64,000 nucleotides of DNA. Origin: Octopus sinensis. Taxonomy: Eukaryota. The notes under the pieces are model-generated. The model did not search any database and was not told the origin of the DNA. It worked only from the letters and a program-made list of their open reading frames with translations. The stretch covers positions 34,100,001 through 34,164,000 of the forward strand of contig NC_043013.1 of assembly GCF_006345805.1 (NCBI RefSeq), written 5' to 3'. Shown piece by piece: positions 39,391-53,132 of this stretch; position 1 is the first letter of the stretch; each line of letters opens with the position of its first letter. Made by a program: the position numbers and the translations under genes.

Positions 39391-40276
39391 TGAATATTGT
39401 GAACAAGAGCACAGTATCTACAGACTGATCTAGATTGTCTACATAAGCACAGGCACAGTTTTCTATGACTAGAGTTTCTTATATAAGGTAATTTTATCAT
39501 TCTAGTCCTTACATTTCAAAATCAATTAAGCCAGCGAATTGTAGGATTTTGTTTACTGGAAAATGTTTCTCGGCGCTAAAGATGACATGCAGAATTAACT
39601 TGCAGAAACACACACACAATGAGCATTTGCAGTTTCTGTCCACCAGTTCCACTCTCAAAGCCTTAGTCAGCCTAAGGCTATTATAATAGAAGGCATTTGT
39701 CCATGGTACCAAATAACAGGACTGGACAGAAAACCACGTAGTTGCAAAGCAAGCCTTATTATGGTCACACAATCAAACATACAAACACCTACACATATGG
39801 AGGGGAAGAAAGAGGAGGGAAAGAAAGAGGAGGGTGAGAGAGAGAGAGGAGGGGAGGGGAGTATATTATTGAAGCTAAGAAAAGTACACAAACTGTTATT
39901 CCAAGTTTCAGACAACTGATCATCAGGCAAAAGTGTACTTTGGAACAATAAATTGTTTTCTTTTGCTACCAAACAAAGTATATATTTATAATTAATTAGC
40001 TATCAATAGATTTTTAAAAAATTTCTCAATCAATTAACAAATCTGAAACCATCATACATAATCAATCTTTACCAATGTGATGGTATGTATGTATGTATGT
40101 ATGTATGTATGTATGTATGTATGTATGTATGTATGTATGTATGTATGTATGTATGTATGCATGCATGTATGTATGTATGTATGTATGTATGTATGTATGT
40201 ATCTATCTATCTATCTTTCTATTTATCTATCTATCTGTACATATATATACATATATGTGTATATATATACATATAT

Positions 40277-40499
40277 TCTTTATATTCTTTTATTTGTTTC
40301 CATCATTTGACTGTGGCCATGCTGGAGCATCAAATTTAGTCAAACAAATTAACCCCACAACTTATTCTTTATAAGACTACTACTTATTCTATCAGTCTCT
40401 TTGCCGAACCGCTGAGTTACGGGGATGTAAACACACCAGCATCAGTTGTCAAGCGATGGTGGGGGGACAAACATAGATATGCAAACATGCACACACACG

Positions 40500-40531
<32 letters not shown>

Positions 40532-40690
40532 CGACGGGCTTCTTTCAGTTTCCGTCTACCAAATCCACTCACAAGGCTTTGGTCGGCCTGAGACTATAGT
40601 AGAAGACACTTACCCAAGGTGCCACGCAGAATGACTTAACCTGGAACCATGTTGTTGGTAAGCAAGCTACTTACCACACAGCCACGCCTA
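40277..40690 (-). mobile_element. SINE family A
   Basis: Homology to other copies. Confidence 0.85.
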
Positions 40691-40697
40691 TACATAA

Positions 40698-40728
<31 letters not shown>

Positions 40729-41503
40729 CATGTATATTTCTTCCATCTTTCGTCGCTCTAAATATAACACACTGTGTTCTTTCTCTCACACTCTTTCTCA
40801 CCCTACTCTTTCTATTTTCTTCTTTCTCAGAACTCACACACATCTAAGAAGCTATATTTTACTTCTCTATCTCCATAAGTAGTTCCCGCCCAGCTATCCC
40901 TCTTCTATATCCAATTCCTAATATTTGCTTAATCATTGTTTTTTAGGGTTTTTTTTTTTTTTACTTATTTTCTAATTCACTTTTCTTTGTTTTTACAACT
41001 TGAAAAAAATAAACAAAACAATGAAGAAAATTCTATCCTTAAGGACTTCTATCAATTTAGTGCATAAAATAACAACAGCAGAATCAAAAGCAACAACAAC
41101 AAAAACAACAACAACAACTGCATAACATCAACAGTAACAACTACAACAGCAACAACAACAATAACATCGACAATGAAAACAACAAAACAAGAACAACAAA
41201 AACTGCAACAGTGCCAATAGTATCACCTGTGATAACAATAACAGACAGGACAGCAACAACAGCAGACGAAACAACAACTATAAAGTGTGGAAATAAATAC
41301 TAAAAATAATATGGAAGACAACAACAACAACAACAACATCAAGAATAAGAGTAATGGTAAGAACAATATAATGGAGAATATCAACTACCACAATAGCAAC
41401 GAGAACAACAAGATGAGACAGCTGACAACACAACAATAATGGTAAGAACTACGATGATAAAACCAACAACAACAATAATAATGATAATAACAATAATAGT
41501 AAT

Positions 41504-41549
<46 letters not shown>

Positions 41550-43220
41550 GTAATAATAATAATAATAATGATAATAGCTTCAACAATAAAGATGAGAACA
41601 AGAACAAAACAACAATAAAAGCTACTATCCTATTGATTCTTTCAACCATGGTTTTAGATTTATTTTTGTGTTTTTTTTTTTCTTTCAAAACAATCGTCAA
41701 TGATAACGGATTGCCCAAACGAAGCGTTGATGACTCGAGGCGGTGTAAATGAGAATAAAATAGAGGGGAAGGTTGGAAAGAAGAGGAAGAGAAAAACTAG
41801 AGAAAGCAAGCAAAAGAATTAAAAACATATGAATAAAAAAACAAACAAATCTCAATCAAACCAGAAAACAATACCAGCGACGACAACAACAACAACAACA
41901 ACAACAAAACTTACAAAACAAACAAAAGGAAAGTAAAAACAACAAGAAACAAAGGTCCTTCTCCATCCCTTCTCTTCTGCCTCGACACATCAAAAAATAT
42001 CGTTCATGATATTTGTATCTTCATTAGTTTTATCGTTAATTACAAATTCGCTAATTGTTCAGAATCGTTACCGGCAATAATAGCAGAAAGCTATTATTCT
42101 TAATTGGTTGCGTTCATAATTGTTACCGATATTAGATTCCCTTTCATCACGCCATAAACCCCTACCCACACCAACCTGTGCCCCTCTCACTTCACCCCAC
42201 CATGACCGACTCTTCCCCGCCACCTCCTCCTCCTCCTCTATTGCCTATCTCTAACAGTCAAACTTCTCTAACTCTTTTCTTCTATCTAGATTCACATAAC
42301 ACCGTTTCTATCACCACACTATCTCATATGCTCTATCTTTACACTCTGGCTCATCTCTCTGTCTATGAGCTCCATATAGCTCATCATTCTATCTATATTC
42401 CCTATCACATCTCTCTATCTACTATCTATTTTGTCTTTCTATCTACACTCTATCTTATCACATCTCTATCCAGCGCTTCCTTCTGTCAACATAAACCATC
42501 TATCTATTTCCTCTGTCTATATACACAACCTCACCTCTCCATCTACATATGCTATCTCTTTCCTCTGTTTAACACTATCTCTTTCTCCTCTCCATCCATC
42601 CACAATCTCATCTCTACTTACACTGTGTTTCTCTACCATATATATCTACCTCTACATCTAAATCCTAATTTTCTCTCTATGTACCTACACTATCCATCCT
42701 ATCATTTTACCAACATTCTATCTATCATACCTCTCCATCTGTCTACATATCTATTCTATCTCACCTCTCCATATTCATCTTATATCTCTCTTTTCAACCA
42801 TCTCTATATACACACTGTCTATCTCATCTCAACCTATACACACTATCTCATCCTTCTACACACTATTCATCTATCTTATCTCTTTATCTACACACTTGAC
42901 ATATCCCATGTCTATCTACATACTGTTTCAATCCCATTGTTCTATCTACAAACTGCATCTAACTCCCTATCTCATATGTATATTTACACCTTCTTTCTAT
43001 TAGATACTCACTATACTGTCTCTCTAGTTCACACATCTCATCTTTCCAATCTCATTCATTGCATACACACATTTAGCAACAGTTCAGTGCCTGGGTTAAG
43101 GTACTTCAAATATAAAAGTTTGTGTTGGTGTGATGCAAACAGAAAATGTGTTTCTTTACATAAAGTAAACTATTTACTTGAACACTTGATCAATGCTGCA
43201 ATCTATACATGTTATAGTTA

Positions 43221-43666
43221 ACATGTATTTTTCTTTTCTTTAGGCATAGGAGTGGCTGTGTGGTAAGTAGCTTGCTTACGAACCACATGGTTCCAGGTTC
43301 AGTCCCACTGCGTGGTACCTTGGGCAAGAGTCTTCTACTATAGCCTCAGGCCGATCAAAGCCTTGTGAGTGGATTTGGTAGACGGAAACTGAAAGAAGCC
43401 CATCGTATATATGTATATATATATATATATGTGTATGTGTGTATATATGTTTGTGTATTTGTGTTTATTCCCCCCACAACATGGCCTCACAATCGATGCT
43501 GGTATGTTTACCTCCTCATAACTTAGTGGTTCGGCAAAAAAGAGTGATAGAATAAGTACTAGGCATACAAAGAATAAGTCCTGGGGTCGATTTGCTTGAC
43601 TAAAGGTGGTGGTGCTCCAGTATGACCACAGTCATATGACTGAAACAAGTAAAAGAGTAAAAAGAG
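43221..43666 (+). mobile_element. SINE family A, full length
   Basis: Complete head to tail. Confidence 0.9.
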
Positions 43667-43934
43667 TATACATACATACATATATACATACACATGTACA
43701 TACATGTACACAATATCTCAAGCAGACAATCATGGACTCTGTGACAGACTAAGTCAAAAGTCATTGAAAAGGTTGCAAGTAACTATGAAAGAGCTTTGGC
43801 TAAAAAAAACAAAATAAACGACTCACTGTTTAACTAAGTTAAACAAACAATCGATTAGTTAGTTAGATATTTAACAAATTGACTAATAATAAAGGAGTGG
43901 AACTGAACCAATGCACGTGTTAATAAGGATTTAA

Positions 43935-44555
43935 AATTTTTTCCACAAAGGTAGCTTGGGGGATGGAATTAATCTGATTACAACGACCCCAGTGTGTAAC
44001 TGGTACTGGTTTAATCGACCCTGAAAGGATGAAAGGCAAAATCAGCCCCAGCAGAATTTGAACTCAGAACATAGCAGCAGACGAAATACCTATTTCTTTA
44101 TTACCCACAAGGGGCTAAACACAGAGGGGACAAACAAGGACAGACATAGGTATTAAGTTGATTACATCGACCCCAGTGCGTAACTGGTACTTAATTTATC
44201 GACCCCTAAAGGATGAAAGGCAAAGTCGACCTCGGCAGAATTTGAACTCACAATGTAACGCAGACGAAATACCGCTGAGCATTTTGCCTGGTGTGCTAAC
44301 GATTGTGCCAGCTTGCCACCTTGTGTGCATGAATTAATAATCTTTTCTACTTTAGGCAATAAGTCCAATATTTTGGGGGAGGGGGCCAGTCAATTAGATC
44401 GACCCAGTATGTGACTGGTGCTTAATTTATCGACCCTGAAAGGGTGAAAGGCAAAGTCAACCTCGGTGGAATTTGAACTCAGAGCATAAAGACAGACGAA
44501 ATACTGCTAAAGGTTTCGCCCAGCATGCTAACACTTCTGCCAGCTTGCCACCTTA
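43935..44555 (-). mobile_element. Tandem/dimeric SINE family B cluster
   Basis: Three gaaaggcaaagtc.acctcgg..gaatttgaactc cores. Confidence 0.8.
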
Positions 44556-44636
44556 TGCTTGTATTAATAATATTGGCATACTGACTCTCCCTAGAATTCT
44601 ATTTATAATTCCTTTCACATCTATGATGCTTTAGAG

Positions 44637-44887
44637 CAGCAGTGATCAACCTTTTAATGCTTATGAACCCTTTTGATTCCGATAATACTATGCTGGACCC
44701 CCATAGCCATTTGATGTTTAAAAGAACCCTACCATACTTTTATAATATGATGAGAAATTTTAAAAAAGAATTTGTTAAAATGTTTTGTCTATTGTAGAAG
44801 TATAACCAATTTTTTGCACATAAACTTTAACAGTAAAATCTTATGTGGACCCTTGAGGGTCATGTGGACCCTGGTTGAGAACCATTG
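44637..44887. mobile_element. hAT (Charlie-like) MITE
   Basis: Degenerate TIRs cagcagtgatcaacc / ggttgagaaccattg, imperfect 8-bp flanks ctttagag / ctataaag, and internal ggaccc repeats. Confidence 0.6.
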
Positions 44888-45455
44888 CTATAAAGAGATA
44901 TTATATAAACCCCCAATACTCGACTGGAACCTTATTGTGTTATTGACAGTAAAAATAATTAAAGAAAAGTTAACTTCATTGAGATTTCAACTAAGAAAGA
45001 CATTCTGTGTTTGTGAGGTAGTGGTGGTTTGAAATTGTTTTTTTTTTACATTGGCATGAATCTATGCATTTCGGGGTAGCTAGTGTTGATAAACACCCTG
45101 ATTGAAGTTTCAATACTTGACAGGTACACTGTTTTATTAACACAAAGGAATGAAAAGCAAAGTTGAATTTGATGAGATTGTAACTCACAATGTAAAAAGT
45201 TGTAACTAAACAACACGTCAGTTTTGTTGGATGTTAATAATTGTGCCAAACCACCTCCCTTGGTGGGTTTTTTTTTACTTATATTTATTTCTAACATTGG
45301 CACTAGATGGCATATTTGGAGAGTGGCCACATTTGTTATTGACCTCAGAGTACAAAGTACTTGTCAGGTGCTTATTTTATCAGCTGATGGATCAGTCATT
45401 GATTTCAGCAATGAATATTCAGTTGTTTGATTAACTGAATAGTCATCTCATTAAG

Positions 45456-45639
45456 TTAACCCTTTGGCATTCAGTTTACTCTGACAAATGTAATGCTTAT
45501 TTATTCCTGATGTTTTGAATTAATCATGCATTATTATCCAGTAGCTTTGAGATTTCAGTGATGAGAAGCAAAATTTGGCTACTTTTAACAGGTAGAATAT
45601 TTGGGCTGGACATAGCTGGTTTAAATGCTGAAGGGTTAT
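45456..45639. mobile_element. piggyBac-like MITE family 2
   Basis: TIRs ttaaccctttggcatt / aatgctgaagggtta. Homolog at 59939-60166. Confidence 0.65.
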
Positions 45640-46074
45640 CGTTATAATTGGTTGAATATTCTATAGATGCAAAAGGTACATGGCTCAGAAGATAGGGATG
45701 TTTGGCTCAAGATCATAAAGTCGCAGTTTCAATTCACATGTAGCACTCTGTATCCTTTAGCAAAGCCTGTCTTTATATGTTGTTCCTTTCTGCTAAACTA
45801 TAATGTGTAATATTAGGAAACTGGAGTAATCTTCTCTTCTTCTATAAAATGGCTTATTAACATAGTAAGCTGGCAGAATCGTTAGCATGCTGGATGAAAT
45901 GCTTAGCAGTGTTTCGCCTGTTGCTATATTCTGAGTTCAAATTCCGTCGAGGTCAACTTTGCCTTTCATATTTTGGGGTCGATAAATTAATTACCAGTGA
46001 AATACTGGGGTCGATGTAATCAACTAGTCCTCTCCCCACAAATTTCAGGCCTTGTACCTATAGTAGAAAAGATT

Positions 46075-46320
46075 ATAATTATTATTATTTTATGTTTGAC
46101 TTTTGCTTTGCATTTGTACAACATAACTCCAAGTCTCACCCAGAGACAACAAGAGACAACAAGTTAGGAGTCCATGTTGGTGTTATGCCTGGGGTGCCAT
46201 ATATTTGGTTCTGTACATAGTGTTGTTCCACAGAATGTTTAAGAAAACATAAGAAAATTATGTGTTTGTTTTAAAATTTGAGATTACATAGAAAGTATCT
46301 TGTGTAGGATATGGAGAATT
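46075..46320 (-). mobile_element. R4/Dong LINE extreme 3' end
   Basis: Minus strand HILHKILSM* (stop at 46284-46286), then a UTR ending in (TAA)n. Confidence 0.6.
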
Positions 46321-47804
46321 CCGGCAGGTCGACTTTGCCTATCATCCTTTTGGGGCTGATTAAATAAGTACCAGTTATGCACTGGGGTCAATATAATCGA
46401 CTGAATCCATTTGTCTGTCCTTGTTTGACCTCTCTGTGTTTAGCTCCTTGTGAGTAGTAAAGATATAGGTATTTCATCTGCCACTACATCCTGAGTTCAA
46501 ATTCCACTGAGGTCGACTTTGCCTTGCATCCTTTCATGATTGATAAACTAAGTACCAGTTGCATATTGGGTTTGATCTAATCGACTGCCCCACTCCCCAA
46601 AAATTTCAGGCATTGTACCTTTAGTACAAACAAATGTTGTCATTTAGCTTCAGGTGAGCTTTGATTAAGCAGACCTACAAACCAAAGACCTGGATTATCC
46701 TATCCTTATTATATAACTGGTATCTTTAAGACTTCTATATCCAATGTGTTTTTAAAAGACCCTCGAATGCCATTCAGGGATGATTTAGCAGCTATCTCTA
46801 GCAAATCTAACAACCACATACAGACTCCCTAATTGGCTCATTATGATGATGTTGGTGATGATGGTAGAGATGGTGGTGTGGGTGATAATGACGATGACGA
46901 TGTTGGTGATGATGGTGGTGGTGATTATATTTGTAGTGTTGATAGTGTTAGTGTCGTGGAGCATTGTTGATCATGATAGTGCCAGTGGTGGCGATGGTGA
47001 TCATGGAAGAGATGATAGTGATGGTAGTGAAAGCGGTGGCGATTTTCGAAGAGAAGGCATTGATAATGATGGTAGTGGTGGTGGTGATGGTAGTGGAACC
47101 AGTAATGGGGGGGGGGGTTGCGGCAAGCCGTGTCATTTCACGCCAAGAGAACATACTTCCGATGTTATCAGGAAAACGTAACAAGCCAAAGGCGAAACTA
47201 AAGTCTAAATATCAATCATAAAATGAAATTAAATAGACTAAAACAAAAAAAAAAACACAAAGAAGTAAAAAAAAATAAACTTTAAAAAAAGGGCAAATTT
47301 TTAAACATATTTTAAAGAATACTTTCCTGCTTCTATGCCCCCACCACCACCATCATCACCACGGCTACTACTACTACTTACACCACCACCACTACCACCA
47401 CCACCACCACCACTAATTTCATTTGTATGTTTTATTAATAGATTCTTATTTTTACTGTTTTAGTATTTTTTTTGCATTTTGCGAAATTGTTTTTTTTTTC
47501 AATATTTTCATTTTTATTTTAATTATTAATTTTGTTATTAATTTTATTATTTTATTATTAATAGCTTTTTATATTGTTTTAATGTTTTGCTTTTGTATTC
47601 GTCTACAAAAATTTTTTTTTTATTATTTGAAAATTTTAAAAACAATTTTTTTTGTTTCATATTTTGGTTTTTCACTGTTTTTACTTATTTGAGATTTATA
47701 AAAGATTAGTTTGGTAAAATCTGTCTTGGGAGTTTAATTAGAATATATCACAATCTCCATCAAAACATACATGCGTACATGTGTGCATGCATTTAGGCGT
47801 TTGT

Positions 47805-47925
47805 GCATGTGTACATGGGTGTATGTGTGCACATGTGCCTGTATGTGTGTGTTTGTATATGCCTGCATGTGTACATGGGTGTATGTGTGCACATGTGCCT
47901 GTATATGTGTGTTTGTATGTGTATG
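47805..47925. repeat. 60-bp tandem duplication in TG-rich sequence
   Basis: gcatgtgtacatgggtgtatgtgtgcacatgtgcctgtat recurs at a 60-bp period. Confidence 0.85.
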
Positions 47926-48422
47926 CATGCGTGGTATCTTAATAAGTGTCTCACTTATCATTAGCCAATCAATCAATTGTTTATTTATCAACTGTTATAT
48001 CCACCACACAGATGTCACTGTGGTTGTTGTTGTTTTTTTTAATGCTTATGTTGATATTGACGACGATGACAATGATGATGATGATGATGGCTTTATTATT
48101 GTTAATATTGTTATCATTATTCCTCAGCTGTTGTTGTTTTGAAGGTGCCAGTCATGTTGCCTATCTTAACATGATTTCCACAGTGTTATTTATAATGGTG
48201 TGACTCTTGCTGTTACTGTGATTGTTTCAGGTTTTTATCAGTGTTGCTACTGACATCATCGTTTTTTGTCACAAATTGTTATTTTAGTTGCTTCTTGTAT
48301 AATACGTATGTATGAACGTGTATGAGGTGGCAGGTCAGGTTGGATTGGTTTGGATTAGATACATTTGATTTTGCAAAGCAGCTGTTTCAGTGATATAGCA
48401 TGGGTTTTGTCTACCAGCTTCC

Positions 48423-48821
48423 TTAACCCTTTCACTACAATATTTATTTTGAGATGCTCTGTGTTTCTTTCAATTAATTTTACATATAACAAAGAATTTA
48501 GTAAAATAACTTAATTATCATTGAGCTAGTGTTTGGAACATAAATTGTGACTAAGATTTGGTGGAAGAGTTTAGTTCAAAACTTATGAAAACAAGACCTT
48601 TGTGCTACAGAGCTAGAGGTGGTTTCAGTCAGGTTGGTATCGAAAGGGTTAAATATAACAAAGAATTTAGTAAAATAACTTAATTATCATTAAGCTAATG
48701 TTAGGAACATAAATTGTGACTGATGTTTGGTGGAAGATTTTAATTCAAAACTTATGAAAACTAGACATTTGCACTACAGAGCCAGAGCTGGTTTCAGCTG
48801 GGTTGGTATCAAAAGAGTTAA
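48423..48821. mobile_element. piggyBac-like MITE, second copy with a duplicated right half
   Basis: Starts TTAAccctttc. Right ends at TTAA 48649 and 48818, 169 bp apart. Confidence 0.75.
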
Positions 48822-49023
48822 ATATAACATACTTTCAGCAACAGTATATAAATTGGCCACACTGTATGGTCTCAGAATCCATACTATGCCATTGTGTTGC
48901 TTTAATTTATTGCTGCATTTTATTGTATTTACTTTAGTTTTGTTATGGTTTTTGCTTTTGCTTATGATTGATTCTTTTATTTGTTCTTATTACTGATATA
49001 GAGAAAAAGTAACTTGTTATATA

Positions 49024-49056
<33 letters not shown>

Positions 49057-49574
49057 GGTGTGGTTGGAGTCAGGAAGGGCATCCAGCCATAAAAACCATG
49101 CTAAAACAGACAGTGAATCCGTGTGTAGTCGTCTGCCTCGCTAGCTCCTGTCAAATCATCCAACGCATGCCAGCATGGAAAACGGATGGTAATTAATGTA
49201 GATTATTATTGTTGTTGTTGTTATTATTATTATTATTATCATTGGTTTAGTTGCTATTATTATTATTATTGTTATTAAGGTGGTGAGATGGCACATTACT
49301 AACATTTCTTTCAACTCTTTATGTTCTGACTTCTAATTCTATCAAGATTGACTTTGCTTTTTATCCTTTTGGGGGTTGATAAAATAAGAACCAGTCAAGT
49401 ACTGTAACCAATGAAATTGACTACCAAATTGCTTGCCCCAGGTTAAAAATTGCTCTCCACCAAATTGCTGGCCTTGTGTCAAATGTTGAGAGAATTACTA
49501 TAATTATTACTATTATTTAAAATTTTTCATATTTTAATTTTTGTCATTTAGGTTTTTCTGTATTGTTTTCTTAT

Positions 49575-49897
49575 GAAGGCATATGGCTTAGTGGTTAGGG
49601 TGTTTGATTTACGATCATAAAGTCATGAGTTCGATTCCCCGTGGTGGATGGTACCCTTGAGCAAGACACTTTATTCCATGTTATTCCAGTCCACTCAGCT
49701 GGCAAAACTGAGCAGTACTTGTATTAGAAAAGGCCAGCCTTGTCACATTCTGTGTTTCATTGAATCTCTCTGAGAACAATGTTAAGGGCACACAGGTCTG
49801 TGGAGTGCCCAGTTACTTGCTCGTTAATTCCACAATCAGGTTGTTCCATTGATCATATCAACTAGAACGCTCATCAACATAACTGACAGAGTGCCAG
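49575..49897 (+). mobile_element. SINE with a family D-like head and an alternative tail
   Basis: Head resembles 32844. Tail (cagccttgtcaca...gtctgtggagtgc...atcaact.gaac) is shared with 56780-56950. Confidence 0.7.
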
Positions 49898-50419
49898 ACA
49901 TCGTCTTTTTTGTTGGTGTAGTTGTTTTTGCTGCTGTTGTTGTTGTTGTTGTTGTCATGTTTGCTTTTCATTGCATCAAGATATAAAGATGCCAAATCTC
50001 TAAAAAAATCATTCTGGCAGGAATAGGGTAGATCTGCATGGTGAAGTGATACAAATTTAAATTATGCCCATAACTCTTTACAGGCAATTCTATCTATTCT
50101 GTGTGCCATTGTTGTTGCTGTTGTTGTCATCGTTTAATATTGTTCTTGTTATTGTTTCGTTCTTGTTATTTCTGTAATTTTTAACAATTTCATTTATTCA
50201 CTTTGTTGTTTTGAATATTTATGTCTGCCTTGCTTGTTCGTCTTTATTTAAAAACAAATATTATTATCATTATTATTATTATATTTTTATTATTATTATT
50301 ATCATATTCTTTTCTGTTTTTTCTTCAAGTTCATCATATTTTAAAAACTATGATTTCTATAATTTTCAATTTTCTTTTTTATCATTTTTACATTGTTATT
50401 ATTATTATTATCATCATTA

Positions 50420-50461
<42 letters not shown>

Positions 50462-50479
50462 CATCATTATTATTATTAC

Positions 50480-50533
<54 letters not shown>

Positions 50534-50655
50534 CATTTACATATTTACATATTATCTTTGTGTCTTTTCCCCAACTTCATAATATTTAAAAAAAAACTTC
50601 TTTCTTTCTTCTTCTTATTTTTATTTACTGATTATTATTATTATTATTATTATTA

Positions 50656-50690
<35 letters not shown>

Positions 50691-51847
50691 GTTTCATTTG
50701 TTCTTTTTACAAGCTTATCATATTTGGTAAATCAGCTTTGAATTGGAATTGGTCAACATTTCGTTCTACTTCATTATTCTGATAAAAATCTTCATATTTG
50801 TTTTACATTCATTTTTTTTTCCTATTTTTTTTTATGGAGGAGGGGATGTTCATATTATAAATAAATGAATAAATAAAAATGAAACAAAAAAAAATGAGAT
50901 TAAAAAATGTATAATACATAAACAATGAAGATAAAGCCTGATAAAAAATTAATAAATTTCATAAACAAATGATTGGATAAATGTTTAAATAAATAAATAA
51001 ATAAATAAATGTAGCTGTTGTTTTTTATTTGTAAAAGGTAGAAGGATGAGATTGTTTGTTAGAAAGGAGGAGAGAAAGTTTTTTTTTTATATATAAAATG
51101 AATAAAACTAAAAAGAATAAAAATTTTTTTAAATTTTATTCATCTGACATGAGAAAGTAGAAAAGCAGAGTGGCAGACATATTGAGATGTCAATATGTTT
51201 GTGTGTACATGTGTCCGCATATATTTTGATTTATTCCCTTGTATATGAGTGTGGTGGGGTGGTGTCTGTGTGAGTGAAAGAGTGTGTATATGTGTATGTG
51301 TGTGTAAATATGTGTTGTAAATATTCATTCAGTATTCACAGACATATCTAAATGATCTAAGTTCAAATCCAAGCATGGTTGACTTGGCCTTTTATGCTTC
51401 CAGGGTCAACAAAATAAATATTAGTGGAGAAGAGAAATAACAGGGAAATCTCTATGAAATCACATGCCACCCACTGTCTTGAAAAACAGACAGCTCCAGT
51501 CTATTATGTAGTGCTAGAAGTACATCTTTGACTAAAGATCTGCTCATTTGCAGTTAATGTGAAAATAAACAGAAACAAAAATCAAACTGATGCCAAATAA
51601 AGCCTCTACATGGTCAACTGATATTCTAGAAATAACAGCCAAATGTCCCTAACACCACAAACAAACCTCTGTAAAAAGATTCTAAGTGATAAAAACATAA
51701 CTTAAAAACAGTAACAACCGTGATAGTAATAATTACAGTAATAAATCCTTCATTATTTAATACAATAGCAATGGAGAAAGGGACAAATTTGAAAACTGGC
51801 AAGGAGTAGGGTTCTTACAATAACTCACAAAATAACATAGGTAAGTA

Positions 51848-52176
51848 ATGGGTTGTCCGGAAAGTTCATGCTGATTTATAGTAGCTTACCTTTCGACTTA
51901 TTTTAGAAACTGGTTGTCCATAAAATAGGATTTGACTACACCTCCATTTAGAGCACAGTTTAAGCTATCTTTTCGTGGAAGAAGGTTTATATTCCTATAA
52001 CCTGTGTTAATTTTGTAACCCTTTAAAATGGAAGACAAGAAAGTTCATTTTCGGCACTTGGAGACACATTGTGCAACAAAATGGTTCATATTTGGTTGGC
52101 TAAAAATGTAATGGCAAGTATTTATTGATCTTTTTATTTCCTTTAAAAATCGGCATGAACTTTCCAGACAACCCAA
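51848..52176 (+). mobile_element. 329-bp mariner deletion derivative (MITE) with TIRs and TA TSD
   Basis: TA|atgggttgtccggaaagttcatgctgattt ... aaatcggcatgaactttccagacaacccaa|TA. ATG at 52028 gives MEDKKVHFRHL, fused to the C-terminal WRHIVQQNGSYLVG*. Confidence 0.9.
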
Positions 52177-52754
52177 TAAATGAGAATAATAATAATAATA
52201 ATAATCATTTCTCACAATATGCACAAGGCCTGAAATTTTTTAGGAGAAGGTGTTTGTTGGTTACATCGACCTTGGTGCTCAAAGGATGAAGGACAAAGTC
52301 ATCCTCAGTGGAAATTGAACTCCGAATATAAAGGCAGATGAAATGCTACTACATGGTTCGTCAGGCATGCTAATGGTTCTGCAAGTTCACTGCCTTGATA
52401 AGGGTAATGATTCTATATTTTGGTCCAAGTCCAGCAACTTTGGGAGAAGGAAGTAATTCAATTACACTGACGCCAGTGCTCAGCTGGTGCTTATTTTATC
52501 GACCCCAAAAGGATGAAAGGCAAAGTCGACCTTGGCAAGATTTGAACTTGGAACTTAAAGAGCTGAAAGAAATGCTGCTAAGCATTCTATCCAGTGTGCT
52601 AATGATCCTGCTAGCACACCACATTTAATAATTTCAAATTTAGACGCAAAATCAGTAATTACAGTAGGATTAAACTTGAGAGCTCATCATTATGAAAGGA
52701 ATGTCTTAATGATGCAGCTATGTCAGCAAAAGTGTATTTTTTTATTCTTTTATT

Positions 52755-53132
52755 TTTTTACTTGTTTCAGTCATTTGATTGCGGTCATGCTGGGGCACCA
52801 CCTTCATTCAAGCAGATCAACCCCAGGACTTATTCTTTGTAAGCCTAGTACTTATTCTATTGGATTTTTTTGCCAAACCACCAAGTTACAGGGATGTAAA
52901 CATACCAGCATCGGTTGTCAAGCAATGCTGGAGAGACAAACACAGACACACATGCACATATAATTATATATGACAAGTTTCTTTCAGTTTCCGTCTACTA
53001 AATTCATTCACAAGGCTTTGGTCAGCTCGAGGCTATAGTAGAAGACACTCACCCAAGGAGCCACACAGTGGGACTGAACCCAGAACCATGTGGTTGGTAA
53101 GCAAACTACTTACCACTCAGCCACTCCTGTGC
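52755..53132 (-). mobile_element. SINE family A
   Basis: Homology to other copies. Confidence 0.85.

Noticed and set aside
39895-39935. Minus-strand CTGATGA tcagttgtct GAAAC
   Set aside because: Stem II register and stem I pairing fail, so it is likely chance.
42178-43221. 347-aa ORF, the longest in the window
   Set aside because: It lies in a G-poor degenerate (CTAT/CT) tract. The L/S/Y/H/I-biased translation has no domain, and the frame is open because of composition.
46843-47115. Gly/Asp/Ser-rich ORF
   Set aside because: A degenerate (GAT/GGT)n low-complexity tract that is open in several frames.
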